Assembly: GCF_006345805.1 (NCBI RefSeq)
Contig: NC_043013.1
Coordinates: 49,662,001-49,726,000 of the forward strand
Length of the DNA: 64,000 nucleotides
From: Octopus sinensis
Taxonomy: Eukaryota
Direction of reading: 5' to 3'
A program made the position numbers and the translations under genes. Positions 1 through 12,246 of this stretch are shown piece after piece; the stretch's first letter is position 1; every line of letters begins with the position of its first letter. A model generated the notes under the pieces. It was not told the DNA's origin and ran no database searches. It saw only the letters and a program-made list of their open reading frames with translations.

Positions 1-158
1 TGTGTTTAGCCCCTTGTGGGTAGTAAAGAAATTGATAAGCATGTCCAAATAGCGCCCAAGTCACTCAGAAAACGATTATGGAAGCAAATATGGGAGTTTT
101 TTAACTCTCCTGACTTTGCTCAATCTATCAACTTTTCGGATCATTGCAACATTATGGT

Positions 159-576
159 GCAGGAGTGGCTGTGTGGTAAGTAGCTTGCTAGCCAACCACA
201 TGGTTCCGGGTTCAGTCCTACTGCGTTGCATCTTGGGCAAGTGTCTTCTGCTATAGCCCCGGGCCGACCAAAGCCTTGTGAGTGGATTTGGTAGACGGAA
301 ACTGAAAGAAGCCCGTCGTATATATGTATATATATATATATATGTATGTGTGTGTATATGTTTGTGTGTCTGTGTTTGTTCCCCTAGCATTGCTTGACAA
401 CCGATGCTGGTGTGTTTACGTCCCCGTCACTTAGCGGTTCGGCAAAAAAAGACCGATAGAATAAGTACTGGGCTTACAAAAAGAATAAGTCCCGGGGTCG
501 AGTCGCTCGACTAAAAGGCGGTGCTCCAGCATGGCCGCAGTCAAATGACTGAAACAAGTAAAAGAGTAAAAGAGAG
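159..576 (+). mobile_element. SINE family A (tRNA-like head, internal TA/TG microsatellite, (AAAGAGT)n tail)
   Basis: Head aggagtggctgtgtggtaag...ggttcagtcc has A/B-box-like motifs; near-identical copies at 20666, 29281, 47248 and 55271. Confidence 0.9.
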
Positions 577-719
577 TATTATGTAGAAGGAAAACAGTTT
601 AATTGTGAAGAGGTTAAAGAAAGATAAGTTTCTTTGCTTCGATATCCGAAGAACTTTAATTCCGAGAGATCAACAATTTTTAAATAGTTGGGATTATCCA
701 ATAATAGAGAAAAACATTA

Positions 720-1087
720 TCTCTCTATATATAAACGGCAGTTTGTCTGTGCGTGTTTCTGTGTGTCTGTTTTCTCGTACCCTCACCCTGACCACGGCTT
801 TCAACCGATTCTGATGAAACTTGACACACACATAGCCCAATGTCATAATTCAAAACTAATGCAGCGAAAATTTTGAAAAGTTCCCCCAGTTCTGAACAAA
901 ATCGATAAATTCGACATGGGGTCGAGAATCAGAAACACAAACCGCAAACTGTCTAGGGGACGCAACTCCACCTTTTTTCACTAAAAAAAATTTACCATTT
1001 TTTTGCTATTTTTTGGCTATAACTCTCTAAAAATGCTTTATAGTTATTTCCCTTACAAACCTGAGCAACGCCGGGTGATACTGCTAG
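720..1087 (+). mobile_element. Non-autonomous Helitron, family H1 (short copy)
   Basis: 5' A|TC, 3' CTAG|T, subterminal hairpin-like cctgagcaacgccggg; 5' module shared with 30350-31152 and 34962-35920. Confidence 0.85.
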
Positions 1088-1259
1088 TCTTGATTAAATA
1101 TGCCAGTTAAGACCCAAGAAGCATTTAACACAGGAGTTTTTTTTTTCCAGCGTCATTTGTATGTGCGCGCGTGCGTATGAAAACGTCTGTTCAGTTACAA
1201 AAAGATATTTTCTCTGTTTGAATTATTTGGTGCCATTTTATGTTTCTCTATAATGTTTG

Positions 1260-1287
1260 TATATGTATGTGTGTGTGATGTATGTAA

Positions 1288-1380
<93 letters not shown>

Positions 1381-1433
1381 ATATATATACATATGTGTGT
1401 GTGTGTGCATATATATATACATATGTGTGTGTG

Positions 1434-1471
<38 letters not shown>

Positions 1472-1558
1472 TAAATAAAATAAAACATATGCATATATAT
1501 ATAAACATATATATATATGTATATGTGTATATATACATATATATATGTATATATATAT

Positions 1559-1593
<35 letters not shown>

Positions 1594-1759
1594 GCACATA
1601 CACACATACACACACACAGATATATATATGATGTATATATATATATATACATACATACACGCGAGTACGCATACATTCGAACTCTCTATCTCCATCTCTC
1701 TCTTTCCCCCCCTCTCTCTCTCTCTCTCTTTCCCTCCCTCTCTCTCTCTCCCTCTCTTT

Positions 1760-1800
<41 letters not shown>

Positions 1801-1802
1801 TG
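1260..1802. repeat. Compound (TA)n/(CA)n/(TG)n/(CT)n microsatellite
   Basis: Directly visible. Confidence 0.95.
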
Positions 1803-2829
1803 ATTCTGTACACCTGTAATCAAGCAATCATCACCGGCTGGAGAAAAAAATTTTTTTTTTTTTTCTTTTTTGTGTATTCAACAGATTCTTGAAAAATAAC
1901 AGGTCTTAAAAAGTGGACAGAGAATTTGAAAGATTTTGGCTGTAAAGAATTGAACTCGCTGCTGCATCTGCAAAAAATATTATCTTCAAGTTCACTAATT
2001 TTGCTTGCAGCCTCGTGATCCTCGAATGCATGCCCTTAATTTTCTGAGAAAACAAATTCACACTCACAACCAGAGAAAGGAATGGTGGGCGGGGGGGGGG
2101 GTAAAAACGACAGAAAGAAAGAGAGGAAGAGGACAAGAGCGGTGCGCGTGCTTTATGTGAATAATCCTTTTCATGTAAATGAAGTCATCTTTTGATTGTA
2201 TGTTTTGCTAAATACACGCAATGAATTACGAATATCCACTGTTGCAGATATTAAACGATGTTTTAAAATTCAAAGACTATTAAAACTACAACAATAAAAC
2301 TGTGCAAACAATTTCTTCAGTTACAAAGAGATATTTCCTCTATTTGAATTGTTTCGAGTCATTTTACGTTTTTCTCTGTAACAGAATACAGAAACTGAAT
2401 CTGATAGCATTAATAAGAGAAGGGAAGAGGAAGAATGATTTCTGGTTGAAAGAAGAAATCTGACGCAGAAGAAAACGTGTAAAAGTGGAGTAGAAGACAA
2501 CATCGGGGAACAATGAGTTGGGAATAATGATAAAAATGTGTTAAACACTGTGGCGATGCTGGTGGTTTCTCTAGCAAGAGATAGCAACAGCAACTATCGC
2601 AGCAGCAGTAGAAGCAGTAGTAACAACGAACCGTAGTTCTAGCAGTTCATTTGTAACAGCAGAATAACGAAATATATTAAAAGGAACTGTGGCAGGCAAA
2701 ATTATTTGTGAGAAGCCAGAAGGCAACAACAGCTGTCGTCTGCTCGAGCACCATGACAACGGTATCAGCAGCAGCAGCAGCAGCCGCCATGGCGCAGTCA
2801 GATTAAAGCTATTAAATACGAACCGCTGT

Positions 2830-2865
2830 ATGCTGAATACCAACAGATCAACTCAAGTATTGCAT
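2830..2865 (+). CDS. Candidate first coding exon (MLNTNRSTQVLH), product unknown
   Basis: ATG at 2830 is open to a GTAAG donor at 2866 (phase 0) and in frame with the candidate exon at 3166; no homology recognised. Confidence 0.25.
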
Positions 2866-3165
2866 GTAAGATCTAAATACACGCCCAATTATTAAAGCTG
2901 ACAGACTGAAAGATACTTTTTTTTTTTCAATAAGATAATTAAATGTTTTGTTTTTGTTGTTTTTTCTTTCGTTGTATTGAATTTTATTCCTTTTTTGGAT
3001 TAGCAAAATCACTAGAGTCTAACGTCATTTAGTTACGGTCTTTTTACGGTCTCAGTTCAGTCCTTCCGAAGTCGACTTCGCCTTTCATCCTCCCAGGGTC
3101 AATAAAATGAATTATCAGTTAAATACTGCATTATAATCCTATAATTCGTCCTTGCAGTGTTACAG

Positions 3166-3241
3166 GATTCTAAAGTCAAGAGAAAGTATCCGTTCAATAA
3201 TGTTTATAAAGAAAAGAATGGCAGTGAGATACGTATAATAC
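3166..3241 (+). CDS. Candidate internal exon (DSKVKRKYPFNNVYKEKNGSEIRII), product unknown
   Basis: Acceptors at 3157 (cgtccttgcag) and 3165 (ttacag); donor AC|GTAAGC at 3242; this frame is open to the donor. Confidence 0.35.
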
Positions 3242-3668
3242 GTAAGCATATGTAGAGAGACACACTTGATAGATTTACAAATTATGTACCTTGGAAGTTC
3301 CCTTGTATGTTTAAACGTATGTAAATACAGACAGATCAATGTTTCCCGACTGAGAAAGAGTAAAACAACTTATTCAAAGCATCACAAAATAGTGAATACG
3401 TTTGGCTCGAGGTAACACTCACGCATTAATGCCAGTACATAGATTTTTATTTACGCTCACGGCGAAAAATCTATTCAAAATCCTTTGCGTAAAAAGCAAG
3501 ATATATAATGCAAAATGAGAATGAAAAATATTTTCCAGCTCTCTCCTTTTCTTTCACAAGCATACGCACACACACAAGCATACACATACATGTTGCAATT
3601 GATAAGCAACAATTTCATTTTAGTTTAAGTATTTATTACTGGCGCACTGAATTTCTTGCAGTGAGAGG

Positions 3669-4107
3669 GGATCTTTTCGGTTTGAACGGCAGTTTTTAAC
3701 ATAATGTCTAGGTAACTAAAAAAATTTAAACTTTGTATAATGGTAGAATGTATTTATAAAACATCTTTTTCTCTTGGCTTTATTGAGAAAATTCTATAGT
3801 TTGTTAGATATTTGTTGTTTTTTTCTTCAATTTCTGCAATTTCAACCAATCAGTGACGTCTATTGAGGTAAAAAAACATTCTGTGCCGTACGAATATGTC
3901 CCTCGTTTAAGAAACAGATTGGGTTTATTTACATTTGTGAAGAAAAAAAGATACCCTTCCCCCCACCCCTAATCCTAACCCTAACCCTAACTAACCCTAA
4001 CCCTAAAAGAGATTGAAATGCAATAGATCGATACTAGGGTCATAATTATGGGTGACAATTTCATATGACACCGCTAGAAAAAACTGCCGTTCAAACCGAA
4101 AAGATCC
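3669..4107 (+). mobile_element. MITE family M (GGATC-ended ~29-bp TIRs, internal (CCCTAA)n)
   Basis: TIR ggatcttttcggtttgaacggcagttttt and its reverse complement; no TSD seen at this copy. Confidence 0.9.
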
Positions 4108-4454
4108 CTTTGCCATTATACTCCGGTAAAATTCACCACTCTCGCATGCACGGGCGTACATACAAATACATTTATAAGCATGTATGTCTTCTCCCTTCTT
4201 TTTATCTACTGGTATTCTTTCTAAATAAAGGGAACTAGTTTCTAACAAAGAAACAAAAAAGCTCAATCATTGGAGTTTGGATAAGAATTGTAGTCCAACT
4301 CTTGAATATTTTTACTGTTCCCCCTACAGATTGTATCTATAAGCTCTTGTCAGCTGCTCAATTTCTTTGCTTGAAAATTTTAGTCTTTTTAAGTTGTCGC
4401 TTAGACCGTTACTAACCTAACCGAATGCTCTAATGATTATTGATAAAAATGATT

Positions 4455-4689
4455 TCAAATTTTGGCACAAGGCCAGCCAGTTCATGGGAGGAGGCAAAGT
4501 TGACCTCGGCGGAATTTGAACTCAAAACGTAGCGGCAGACGAAATACCTATTTCTTTACTACCCACAAGGGACTAAACACAGAGAGGATAAACAAGGACA
4601 GACAAACGGATTAAGTCGATTATATCTACCCCAGTGTTCAACTGGTACTTATTTTATCGACCCCGAAAGGATGAAAGGCGAAGTCGACT
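4455..4689 (-). mobile_element. SINE family C fragment containing a monomer junction
   Basis: gacgaaatacc|tatttctttactacccacaagg junction at 4548/4549. Confidence 0.85.
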
Positions 4690-5340
4690 TAAATTTATAA
4701 TCAGGACAGAGGATCTGCAGGTTTCGAAGTTGGATTGTAGAAAAAATGTTCACATCTGCAGAGCAACTAATCTCTATGGCTTTTTTTTTCATTTTCATTT
4801 TTCTGCCGCAAAGAATAACATAATCGGCACCTGAGGTTATATCTTGAGAATTTAAGGGCTTCACTGTCCTATTTGTTCACGAGATATTTTGCAGTTATCT
4901 CCTGCTTTTGGATTGCAAATGCGTAGCCTTCAAGGGGTGATGACGTAGTGGTCACGAGTCCTTTTCAAGAATTCGGGAAATATACCCACGCATCACCTCT
5001 TTTGGGGTATGCTGAGTGTTTCTTTTCCAGGTCTTTGCAGAGATATGTGAGCCCTGCACTTCTGGAACAGTATGGGAGGTCATCAAGAAGTTAATGTTTC
5101 TCACTTGAGTTCACTGCCGGCTCGCAGGATATTGTTCACTTCATTGTTTTCAGCACTTAGTTAATGTTTTCTTTTATTTCATTTATTACTGCTACTGTGT
5201 ATAACAAAAGCTGTTTGTACTACTTACATCCTTCTTTTCTTCTGAGACAAAGCGCGTCGATATTACTGTTTTTGTTGATAGTTACAGTTAATGTGAGGAT
5301 CTTGCAGGTTTCAATGTATATGGAACGTATTTCCTCTAGT

Positions 5341-5633
5341 GGAGGCGCAATGGCCCAGTGGTTAGGGCAGCGAACTCGCGGTCGCAGGATCGCGGTTTCG
5401 ATTCCCAGACCGGGCGTTGTGAGTGTTTATTGAGCGAAAACACCTAAAAAAGCTCCACGAGGCTCCGACAGGGGGTGGTGATCCCTGCTGTACTCTTTCA
5501 CCACTCTTTCTTCTGTTGGCCTGCTCGCTTAGCCAGCGGGGTGGCGTCATTCGAAGGCTAAAACAATGCGAACGCATTGTGACCAGCGATGTGTAACAAC
5601 ATCTGATGGTCTGGTCGGTCACGTGATCACGTG
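5341..5633 (+). mobile_element. SINE family B, tail type B1
   Basis: tRNA-like head ggaggcgcaatggcccagtgg; 10-bp TSD atttcctcta (5329-5338 and 5634-5643) duplicates the EEI codons of the host LINE. Confidence 0.92.
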
Positions 5634-6253
5634 ATTTCCTCTATAGACCAGTTGAACTTCCCAAACGTTAGTATCAGTATGGGTACTGTAAATGAATATT
5701 GTCTTGTTGCAAAAGAAAAACTCTGACATATCTTTTTAAGTTTGGAGCAAAACTCTTTGGTTACCTTGTTCTTGTTCATAGCACCTTTGTATAATATATT
5801 CATTATCAATATGTAGATGTTTGTAACACATGTTTTGTGGAATAGAGGAAAGAGGCCATTAGATTTTGGTTTTGAGAAGTCTTCTACGTTCGATTGTTGA
5901 TATATTTCTTTTGATCAAACTCCAGTGGGAAATATAATTCAATCTTGTTGATTTTTTTAGCGCAGTAAATAGTTAGGGCATAGATCTTCCAATCGTCCCC
6001 GAGGAAATTATGGCTTATATTAGTGTGGATTGAAAGGCGGCGAGCTGGCAGAATTGTTAGCATGCTGGGCAAAATGCTTAGCAGCATTTCATCCGTCTTA
6101 TTTACCAGTTGAACGCTGGGGTCAATGTAGCCGACTTAGCCCCTTCCCTGAAACTGCTGGTTTTGTATCAAAATTTGAAGCCAATATTAGTGTGTTTTGC
6201 CACAGCAGATCCTAGGACATAGCTACTGGATTTTCATTGAAGAAATGATAGTA

Positions 6254-6660
6254 GAAGGCGGCGAGTTGGCAGAGACGTTAGCACGCCGGGCGAAATGGTT
6301 AGCGGTATTTCGTCTGCCGTTACGTTCTCAGTTCAAATTCCGCCGAGGTCGACTTTGCCATTCATCCTTTCAGGGGTCGATAAATTAAGTACCAGTTACG
6401 CATTGGGGTCGATGTAATCGACTTAATACCTATGTCTGTCCTTGTTTGTCCCCTCTGTGTTCAGCCCCTTGTGGGTAATAAAGAAATAGGTATTGCATCT
6501 GTCTTTACGTTCTGAGTTCAAATTTCGCCGAGGTCGACTTTGCCTTCCATCCTTTCGGAGTCGATATATTAAGTACCAGTTGCGTACTGGAGTCGATCTA
6601 ATCGAATGGCCCCCCACTCCCAAAAAATTTTGGGCTTTGTGCCTAGAGTAGAAAAGAAGA
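6254..6660 (+). mobile_element. SINE family C, head plus two tandem body units
   Basis: aaggcggcgagttggcagag head; junction aagaaata|ggtatt near 6488; a further head fragment at 6033-6130. Confidence 0.85.
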
Positions 6661-7136
6661 AATGATAGTGGATTTAAGGCCAAAATAAACAGATGCACAG
6701 GTATAGGCTGTGATCTCGAAATATTCCATTTGAAGAATATAAATAACACCAGAGACAGTCGTTCCACTTTCTATTACAATTAAACCGGCTGTATTGACTT
6801 TAGTTACCATGAATAAGGAACAGTGTCAAACGATTTTCTGTATTCAAACCATAGTCATAAGGATTTTGCAGTGTTTTTTTTTGGGGGGGGGGGGGGTTTG
6901 TGTTTTTTTTTTTACTTCAGATAGTACAACTTTATTAAAAGTTGTTCGGCGCATCCACTAGAGTGTGTGGCGTCCGGAACCCACAAAAAACACATATTGC
7001 TTACAGGATACCCAAAAGTAGAGCTCCTTCAAAAGTGCCGCCCGGGGCGGACGCCCCTACCGCTCCACCCCTGGCTACGCTAGTGGGCGCATCCCCATAT
7101 TTCTCTCTTTCCACCTGCTCGATCATCAATGGCTAT

Positions 7137-7500
7137 ATCATGGCTGTGTGATAAGAAGTTTGCTTCCCAACCATATGATTTGGGGTTCAGTCCCACTGCC
7201 CAGAACTTTGGGCGAGTGTCTTCTACTATAGCCCAGGTCGATCAAAGCCTTGTGAGAGGATTTGGTAGAGGGAAACTAAAAGAAGCCTGTCGTAAATATA
7301 TATGCATGTGTCTATGTGTTTGTCTGTGTTTGTCCTCCACTAACGCTTCACAACCGGTGTTGGTTTGTTTTATGTGGGGTTTTTTATGCTCCCCGTAACT
7401 TAGCGATTTGGCAAAAAGAAACTCATAGAATAAGTACAAGACTTTATAAAAAAAATTATTGGAGTGTGTGCCGCAGTCTAATGGCTGAAACAAGTTAAAG
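7137..7500 (+). mobile_element. SINE family A, diverged copy
   Basis: Colinear with 159-576, with many substitutions. Confidence 0.8.
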
Positions 7501-7869
7501 TGTAAGCAAAAGCATTCAAGTTTGTATTTTAATGTATGCATGTGTATGTGTGTGTGTGTATGTGTGTGTGTGTATGTGTGTGTGTGTGTGTGAACTTTAC
7601 ACAAAGTTACACGTTTGCAGTAAATAGAATATCATGCAAAATTTAATATGTTATCAGTTAAGTTACAGCGTCAAAATCCAATTTGATTAGAGTCCAGTAT
7701 TTTGTAGATAAACTAACGATTATGATTTCTATGCAGGGACCATTTAAAATCCGGTGTCTGAAGACAATAGAAAGTAATATCCGAACATCCATGACATACC
7801 ATTATAATACAGCGAGATGGCTAAAAGCAGAAAGAGGCAGAGTTTCGTCAAAGCTCTTTTAGCTTCAGT

Positions 7870-8252
7870 GTGGAAGCACTCCGTCGGTTACGACGACGAG
7901 GGTTCCGGTTGATCCGATCAACGGAACAGCCTGCTCGTGAAATTAACGTGTAAGTGGCTGAGCACTCCACAGACACGTGTACCCTTAACGTAGTTCTCGG
8001 GGATATTCAGCGTGACACAGAAAGTGACAAGGCCGGCCCTTTGAAATACAGGCACAACAGAAACAGGAAGTAAGAGTAAGAGACAGTTGTGGTGAAAGAG
8101 TACAGCAGGGATCACCACCATCCCTGCCGGAGCCTCGTGGAGCTTTAGGTGTTTTCGCTCAATAAACACTCACAACGCCCGGTCTGGGAATCGAAACCGC
8201 GATCCTACGACCGCGAGTCCGCTGCCCTAACCACTGGGCCATTGCGCCTCCA
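7870..8252 (-). mobile_element. SINE family B, tail type B2
   Basis: Full length; 14-bp TSD cttttagcttcagt (7856-7869 and 8253-8266). Confidence 0.93.
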
Positions 8253-9039
8253 CTTTTAGCTTCAGTACATCATTGCATAGAGTAAAATAATCTCAAACCC
8301 TGCACAAGTGTCGTGGAAGCCGAGGCAGATTCGTTAGTAGCCTTCAGCTTCACGTAATTCCTGTGATGCAAATTAGCAATCTTATTTTGACTATAGTCCT
8401 ATATATTCTCTATAGGACTTAATTCGTCTGAAAGTCAGACGAATTAACTGGCCAAGGAAGCATGTTGATGCGGTGGACCAGTAAACCAGACAGTGGTTAT
8501 TTTGGCACTGTGCGATAGAACAGATATTCTGCCTCATTAAAAAGTATATTGAATGGTGGAAGCATCATTTGCCAAAGGTTCCACGCTGTGTTGATTGCAA
8601 TCGCAAGGAAAGACGGCGGTGCAACACCGACATTTGTTATAGCACTCCCAAAGCATTACTAACTGCAGGAACTTGGCGTTGGACTTCAGACCGTTGGGTG
8701 CAAAGTTCGAAAGAAGGCTGGAGAGCTACGAATCCCCAGCTGCTTGTAATTCAGCTATAATTTCCAGCAGTCAGGGATCATTTGGGAAGACATTCCAAAT
8801 GTAGGTGTTGCATCATGATCTTTTCTCATAAACCAACAGACACCAACACGATTCTTAAAAATAAAGTTACAATTTCTCATATTTACACACTCGCACGCAC
8901 ACACGCACACACACATGCACACACATACACACACGCATATTTATACATTCATGCATGTTACTACTAATTTTATTTTTACTTGTTTTAGTCACTGAACTTG
9001 GGACATGCAGGGACACCGCTTTGAAATATATGCATGTGT

Positions 9040-9359
9040 ATGTGTGTGTGTGTGTTTGTGTGTACTAATTATCTCTATATATACATAAACGGCAAAATGT
9101 CTGTGTGTGTGTGTCCTTTATACAAATCCACAATTTTTCAGTTAGGGGGCTCGCACTTTCTATGGTCATTCAAAACCGTCCAAGGGTGGTCGTGCACATC
9201 TTTACATTTCCCCAGTCACCCCGCAAAGCCATTAAAAAAACAATAGAAGTGATTTTTTTGTGAATTTTCTATCCAAAACCCAATCAAAATGCCCGAAACT
9301 TGATACGCCAACTGAATGCACTAGCACTATAACCCGGTGTTGCCGGGCCATAGTGCCAG

Positions 9360-9391
<32 letters not shown>

Positions 9392-10375
9392 TCATATATA
9401 TACTTGCTTGAAACATACACACATACACACACACTTCATCAACTACAAATGTTGAATATTATCTATTGGAAGAAATATTATTTTCAGTCAAAATGAAAGG
9501 TTAATTTCTAGAAAGTTGATATAAATTATATGAATATGAATTGTTAATTCACTTTACTGGTGTTCATTGCTTATCATGAAACATAACTTCGACAGGGATG
9601 TGGCACCAGGACCAGACTGAAAGACAGTGCTATCAAATGCAACCATTGCAACTGGGATTCACATGTTACATGAGGGTATATATGTGTTTGTGTGTGTGTG
9701 TGTATGTGTGTGTGTGTGTTTGTGTGTACTAATTATCTCTATATATACATAAACGGCAAAATGTCTGTGTGTGTGTGTCCTTTATACAAATCCACAATTT
9801 TTCAGTTAGGGGGCTCGCACTTTCTATGGTCATTCAAAACCGTCCAAGGGTGGTCGTGCACATCTTTACATTTCCCCAGTCACCCCGCAAAGCCATTAAA
9901 AAAACAATAGAAGTGATTTTTTTGTGAATTTTCTATCCAAAACCCAATCAAAATGCCCGAAACTTGATACGCCAACTGAATGCACTAGCACTATAACCCG
10001 GTGTTGCCGGGCCATAGTGCCAGTATATATATATATATATATATATTAATCATATACTTGCTTGAAACATACACACATACACACACACTTCATCAACTAC
10101 AAATGTTGAATATTATCTATTGGAAGAAATATTATTTTCAGTCAAAATGAAAGGTTAATTTCTAGAAAGTTGATATAAATTATATGAATATGAATTGTTA
10201 ATTCACTTTACTGGTGTTCATTGCTTATCATGAAACATAACTTCGACAGGGATGTGGCACCAGGACCAGACTGAAAGACAGTGCTATCAAATGCAACCAT
10301 TGCAACTGGGATTCACATGTTTACATGAGGGTATATATGTGTTTGTGTGTGTGTGTGTATGTGTGTGTGTGTGTA
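9040..10375. repeat. Tandem duplication, ~664-bp period
   Basis: Two near-identical units (landmark atctctatat at 9071 and 9735); boundaries fall in (TG)n tracts. Confidence 0.92.
9072..9359 (+). mobile_element. Non-autonomous Helitron, family H2 (second copy 9736-10023)
   Basis: A|TC start, hairpin cccggtgttgccggg, ends CCAG|T (degenerate CTAG). Confidence 0.75.
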
Positions 10376-10616
10376 CACACTCACACGCACATATAATATA
10401 TGTATGTATGCTTATGTAAATATATATGTGTGTGTGAGTGTGTGTATGTATGTGTGTGTGTGTGTGTGTGTGTACACATACACTCACACACACATATAAT
10501 ATATGTATGCATATATGTATGTATGCTTATGTAAATATATATATATGTGTGTATGTGTGTGTGTGTGTAAGTGTGTGTATGTGTGTTTGTGTATGTGTGT
10601 ATGTGTGTCTGTGTGT

Positions 10617-10650
<34 letters not shown>

Positions 10651-10737
10651 AATTATAAGGATAAAATTTTATTAAAAAATTTTATCAGTAGCCAGCATAT
10701 GAAAAATACCTTTTAAGGTGAAAATTATAAACACAAT

Positions 10738-11102
10738 AATAACGAGAGCACTCAGAGAGTGCAAACATCCGCCAAGGCAACTCCAACGTCCTCTCAACGA
10801 TTAGCCAGAGATGATTGTTAAACTGAGAATATCTGAAATAAACTCGACTGCTCTCACAAACGAGAATACTAAAAATGAACCTAAACGCTCTCAAAAATTA
10901 AGTAAAAAAAAAACAGGAAAAGTAATCCAGAATCCTTGTCCGGTGCCGTATCGATCCCAAAATCTAATCAGTTCGTGCCAGTCACGGGGCCAAACATCCC
11001 TGAAAGTCTCATCCGAATCCATCCAGCGATTCTTGAGATATCAAGGGACAAACAAAAACACGACCGAAAACAATACCTCCGTCTTCGCTAAGGCGGAGGT
11101 AA
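10738..11102. mobile_element. Non-autonomous element with terminal palindrome, Helentron/HINE-like
   Basis: Terminal hairpin acctccgtctt-cgct-aaggcggaggt; partial copy of the motif (aacatccgccaagg) near the other end. Confidence 0.55.
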
Positions 11103-11274
11103 TACGGGCAAAAGAAAAGACAGAAAAAAATTCCTTTGCCAATATGCTGAAACACAGGCGCTAAATCGTCGAACGACAAAATATTTTCACTTATATCATT
11201 ACAGCACGGGTCGAAACTAGGAAAGCAGGCTAACAGAAATTCATAAAAATAAAAATACATATGTATGTATGTAT

Positions 11275-11815
11275 GTCACTTTCGAGTGCTACTGGTAACA
11301 TGTAACCCAGTACAAACTGTTGCATGGTCGGATCGTCGGCGACTAAACTGGCAACCTCACCAAGCTTGCTTGGTGAGGAGGGTGTTTATTGGACACCCTG
11401 CAGGATGAAAAACAAAACCCGTCAAAGGGCGGAGGAACTCTTGAGAGTCAACGGCCATCCAATAAATGTTTTAAGGCTGTATCATGCGCGGGTACATAGA
11501 AATAATCGGACTGAATACCCGATCGCGCGGTTAAACCATTGGGAGTGAAGGACCCTTAGCCTTTGTTAGGGCATCCTTCTAGGAGAAGGTAACTGGGATA
11601 ACTCCGATATGAAACCTGCGGCTCAGTGGTTACCGATGTTGTAGACTTTCTCTTCTTTTCGGATTATGGCTGCTGTTGCTTAGTGAGTGGGACTGACTCA
11701 GTGCACAGCCTTTCCGCACTTTAAAAAATAAACTTCTTGCACAGGCATTGCACGATAACAACATTGATTAAGCTTCGTGCAATGGCCATACTCCATAACG
11801 AGGGGGCAGCCACCA
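11275..11815 (+). mobile_element. RTE-like LINE 5' region fragment
   Basis: cccttagcctttgttagggcatccttctaggagaaggtaac resembles RTE 5' segments; recognised from memory only. Confidence 0.45.
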
Positions 11816-11889
11816 TGTATGTATGTATGTATGTATGTATGTATGTATGTACGTATGTACACACACACACACACACACACACATATAGT

Positions 11890-12195
11890 GAAGGCGCGTA
11901 TTTTAGTGGTTAGTGTATTCGTAAAGTCGTGACTTTGATTCCTGGCGGTTCGTTGTATCTTTGAGCAAGACAGTATTTCACGTTGTTTAGTCCACTCAGT
12001 AGGCAAAATGTGAGTAGTACCTGTAATTCAAAGGATCACTCTTGTCACATTCTGTGTGAAATTGGATCTCCCCGAGAACTACGTTAACGGTACGCGTGTC
12101 TGTGGAGCGCTTACCCACTTGCACGTTAATTTTACGAGCAGGCTCTTCCGTTGATCAAATCAACTGGAACACTCGTTATCGTAACCAACAGAGTG
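11890..12195 (+). mobile_element. Old SINE with a B2-like 3' half
   Basis: ccccgagaactacgttaacggtacgcgtgtctgtggag matches the B2 tail at 62828-63220. Confidence 0.7.
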
Positions 12196-12199
12196 CTAG

Positions 12200-12246
<47 letters not shown>

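Larger units (their letters stand above)
4270..6860 (-). mobile_element. Decayed non-LTR retrotransposon, R4/Dong-like (RT plus C-terminal restriction-like endonuclease)
   Basis: Minus-strand fragments in the expected order: WFEYRKSFDTVPYSW, LFILALNPLSF, FLGDDWKIYA, FTVPILILTFGKFNWSIEEI, EGYAFAIQKQEITAKYL, AIEISCSADVNI, IQSVGGTVKIFK; many stops; interrupted by SINEs. Confidence 0.75.

Noticed and set aside
76-390. Recurring [15 protein letters not shown] / [15 protein letters not shown] peptides, resembling a gene family
   Set aside because: All derive from SINE-A sequence; PVVPVFQRAG peptides likewise derive from SINE-B2
2385-2636. Frame with two in-frame TGA codons (selenoprotein read-through)
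   Set aside because: No SECIS recognised and no selenoprotein motif; more likely UTR
2753-2865. Ornithine decarboxylase antizyme
   Set aside because: Lacks the UCC-UGA shift site and any recognisable antizyme ORF2 sequence; ORF1 too short
3960-4004. Telomere or chromosome-fusion site suggested by CCCTAA repeats
   Set aside because: Short tracts at the same internal position in each MITE-M copy
5341-5415. tRNA genes at SINE heads
   Set aside because: Poor stems, no terminator, and each continues directly into a SINE body; only A/B-box remnants
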